DNA of 63,985 nucleotides, filler included, from Perkinsus olseni (lineage: Eukaryota): NCBI GenBank assembly GCA_013115125.1. It is 4 parts of 4 records of this genome, joined end to end, with 100 filler letters (N's around TTAATTAATTAA, not from the genome) between each part and the next. Parts side by side here need not be neighbours in the genome. Positions count along the whole stretch, not along the records: positions 49,755 to 63,985 come from JABANN010000733.1; 3 more parts are not named here. One strand, given 5' to 3'. This document shows positions 62,202 through 63,985 of this stretch, piece after piece. The position numbers and the translations under genes were made by a program. The notes beneath the pieces were generated by a model, which was not told where the DNA came from, ran no database searches, and worked only from the letters and a program-made list of their open reading frames with translations. Positions within the stretch are counted from its first letter, which is position 1. Each line of letters begins with the position of its first letter.

Positions 62202-63983
62202 CTATTGCTTGGAAGCGCGTACGCGGACAGATTCGGAAATCGGTTTCAGCCCGCTGATTCGGTACATGACTGATGTCGGTGTGCTTTTCAGCGCTCCCCA
62301 CATCAGCCGCCCCATGAAAGCCTGAAGCTGTATACATTTTTTCTCGAACCACTCTTTCCCCGCGACGGTGCCCCAGATTGGAGCGCCGAACGTCAGACGA
62401 GGGGTCATCACTGAGTTCCAGATCCAACGGAGCTGCTGTGAGCCAAGGCCCCAGCGGCGTCCCACGAGAGAGCGCAGCCTGATGGCAAGCTTGCGTATCC
62501 GGGCTACGCTCTCAGTAACGTTTGTGTTCCAGTTCAGCTTTTGATCGAGCCATAGTCCTAGAAACTTGATGCACTTCTTGACCGATCCTGCCAGCGCGGC
62601 ATGTCCCCTGTCGCGCAGGGCTGACTGAACTTCGTCAGCCCAGGCGTCCACCCAGATCTCATTTTTCTCTTCCGAGAGGGTTAGGTCTACGGACCTAGCC
62701 CAGGTATCCGTTACTTCCCATACACGTATGACCGTGTTCACAAGGCTAAGTAGGCCAGGGGCCCTCAGAGCTATTGCCGAGTCGTCAGCGTATATCACTG
62801 GTTTGATAATGATCCCGTGGCGTGGATCATTCAGGGCAATCAGTTTCTCTCCTAGTTCGATAGTGCTGTAGCTATACAACCTTGGCGAAAGAATAGAGCC
62901 CTGTTGGATCCCCTTTACGGAGTATCGTCGGACTCCTCCTAAGCTCGACCATTGCCCACTGAGGAACGAGCGTACCAATTCCGCAAAACCAAAGTTGGCT
63001 AAACGGCCAACGGCTCCATAAATTGAGTCGTGGCTAATGGAGTTAAACGCCGCCACCGCATCAAACGCCGCGACGGCCCTCAGCCCTAGGTTCCCAGGAT
63101 TGCTTTCTAGAGCACTTGAGAGATGTTTCCATGCTGTGTCCGTAGACCTATTGGATGCGAATCCATGCAGAAAGGGAGGGAGGACGCCTATGCAGCGCTC
63201 CAGCCGCCCGCTTATCACTGCTTCACAGACTTTCGCAAGTGTCAGCGAAAGAGACACGGGTCTAAATTTTGACCAACCCGCTCGGTTTCCTTTCTTCCTC
63301 TGCAGGATGACCTCAGCGCCTTGGAAGCACCCTGGGAAATATTGGAATCGGAGGATCGCTGTCATGAGCGTGCTCCAAGTGGCAGCCCAACGGCCGTTAC
63401 ATCTCCAAGCTACGCGGATGTGTTCGTATGCGACGTCGTCAGATCCAGATGCTCGGCCTTCGGGACGAGCAGCTATAGCACTTTCAAGCTCCTCTCGAGA
63501 GACCGGTCCTCCCATATCCTCGAGTGAGGCCCGAGTGCTGGGAATGTATACCCTAGGGGAGACGGCGTCTCCGAAGAATGTGGACGCTGCTTCTTCGGCG
63601 TCCACCGATTCTACGTTGACCGGTGCCTCTTCCAGAAGGGACTTCAGGGCTCGTGTGTCCCCAAGGCGGCTGACCCAGTCCCTGAAGCTTTTACCTTTGG
63701 CTTTCTTGATCGCATGAGTGTAACGCCTCCTAGCTATTCTTGATGCTTCAGCAATAGCCTCGATGTTGAGCCTACCTTGGCTCCGGGCCTTGCGTAGAGC
63801 AGCCTGCTTTCTAGAGCAATCTCGTCTTAGGCGTGACAGCTCCGGGGACCACCATTGAGCATTGTCGTCTCTCTTCCGCTTCCGGGCGTATACCGGAGTC
63901 GCTACTCGCACCGCTCTCGCTATCACTGCTTGGAGCCGTTTCGCGAGAGCTTCGACTTCGCTGATCGACGATGGTTCAAACGA
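62202..63983 (-). CDS. LINE ORF2 reverse transcriptase region (5' partial)
   Basis: WWSPEL, ASGSDDV, FRPVSL..AKVCE, HGF, AFDAVAAFNSI, GIQQGSILSP, YADD, KFLGLWLD, WGL, PRLTFGAPIW. Confidence 0.93.
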   Translation of the reverse strand, partial: SFEPSSISEVEALAKRLQAVIARAVRVATPVYARKRKRDDNAQWWSPELSRLRRDCSRKQAALRKARSQGRLNIEAIAEASRIARRRYTHAIKKAKGKSFRDWVSRLGDTRALKSLLEEAPVNVESVDAEEAASTFFGDAVSPRVYIPSTRASLEDMGGPVSREELESAIAARPEGRASGSDDVAYEHIRVAWRCNGRWAATWSTLMTAILRFQYFPGCFQGAEVILQRKKGNRAGWSKFRPVSLSLTLAKVCEAVISGRLERCIGVLPPFLHGFASNRSTDTAWKHLSSALESNPGNLGLRAVAAFDAVAAFNSISHDSIYGAVGRLANFGFAELVRSFLSGQWSSLGGVRRYSVKGIQQGSILSPRLYSYSTIELGEKLIALNDPRHGIIIKPVIYADDSAIALRAPGLLSLVNTVIRVWEVTDTWARSVDLTLSEEKNEIWVDAWADEVQSALRDRGHAALAGSVKKCIKFLGLWLDQKLNWNTNVTESVARIRKLAIRLRSLVGRRWGLGSQQLRWIWNSVMTPRLTFGAPIWGTVAGKEWFEKKCIQLQAFMGRLMWGALKSTPTSVMYRISGLKPISESVRVRASKQ

Positions 63984-63985
63984 CG

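Larger units (their letters stand above)
60871..63985 (-). mobile_element. Non-LTR retrotransposon (RNase H-bearing, R1/I-group-like), 3' part; runs off the window
   Basis: RT + RNase H + C-terminal Cys/His knuckle, 3' UTR with hairpins, (AAG)9 tail at 60871-60897. Confidence 0.92.

Noticed and set aside
63037-63717. 226-aa plus-strand ORF (and similar antisense ORFs such as 36674-37111, 23070-23393, 47379-47705)
   Set aside because: Shadow frames of real genes or of the minisatellite, with no motifs.
1-63985. Spliced-leader RNA or rRNA genes
   Set aside because: No CCGTAGCCAT(C/T)TTGGCTCAAG leader or rRNA-like sequence was found by eye.

Overview
Eukaryotic, intron-rich genomic DNA, not prokaryotic. 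Short GT-AG introns, expanded secreted aspartic-protease, S10-peptidase and GH18-like families, a POT transporter and a spliced PhnX suggest a perkinsid alveolate (Perkinsus-like); this taxon call is inference. The window is four contigs joined by artificial N-TTAATTAATTAA-N linkers (16501-16600, 33078-33177, 49655-49754). Host genes: two DCR2/PAP14-like metallophosphoesterase paralogs, an S10 serine carboxypeptidase, an FkbM-type methyltransferase, a POT/PTR2 transporter, a spliced phosphonoacetaldehyde hydrolase with a possible mitochondrial presequence, an EF-hand protein end, an F-box/TM protein, three A1 aspartic-protease copies in different states, a decayed GH18-like gene, tRNA-Leu(TAA) and tRNA-Thr(AGT). 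Mobile DNA: (i) an 8.2-kb Mutator-like element with degenerate TIRs, a spliced transposase and a second spliced coiled-coil gene, flanked by an exact 254-bp direct duplication; (ii) the foldback-type end of a second MULE carrying a tRNA-like Pol III cassette next to a perfect 25-bp hairpin; (iii) the LTR, PBS and gag start of an LTR retrotransposon beside a 22-bp minisatellite; (iv) a complete PIF/Harbinger with CAG TSD; (v) a non-LTR retrotransposon whose RT and RNase H regions are separated by a single in-frame TAG. Exon boundaries were read by eye and are approximate.
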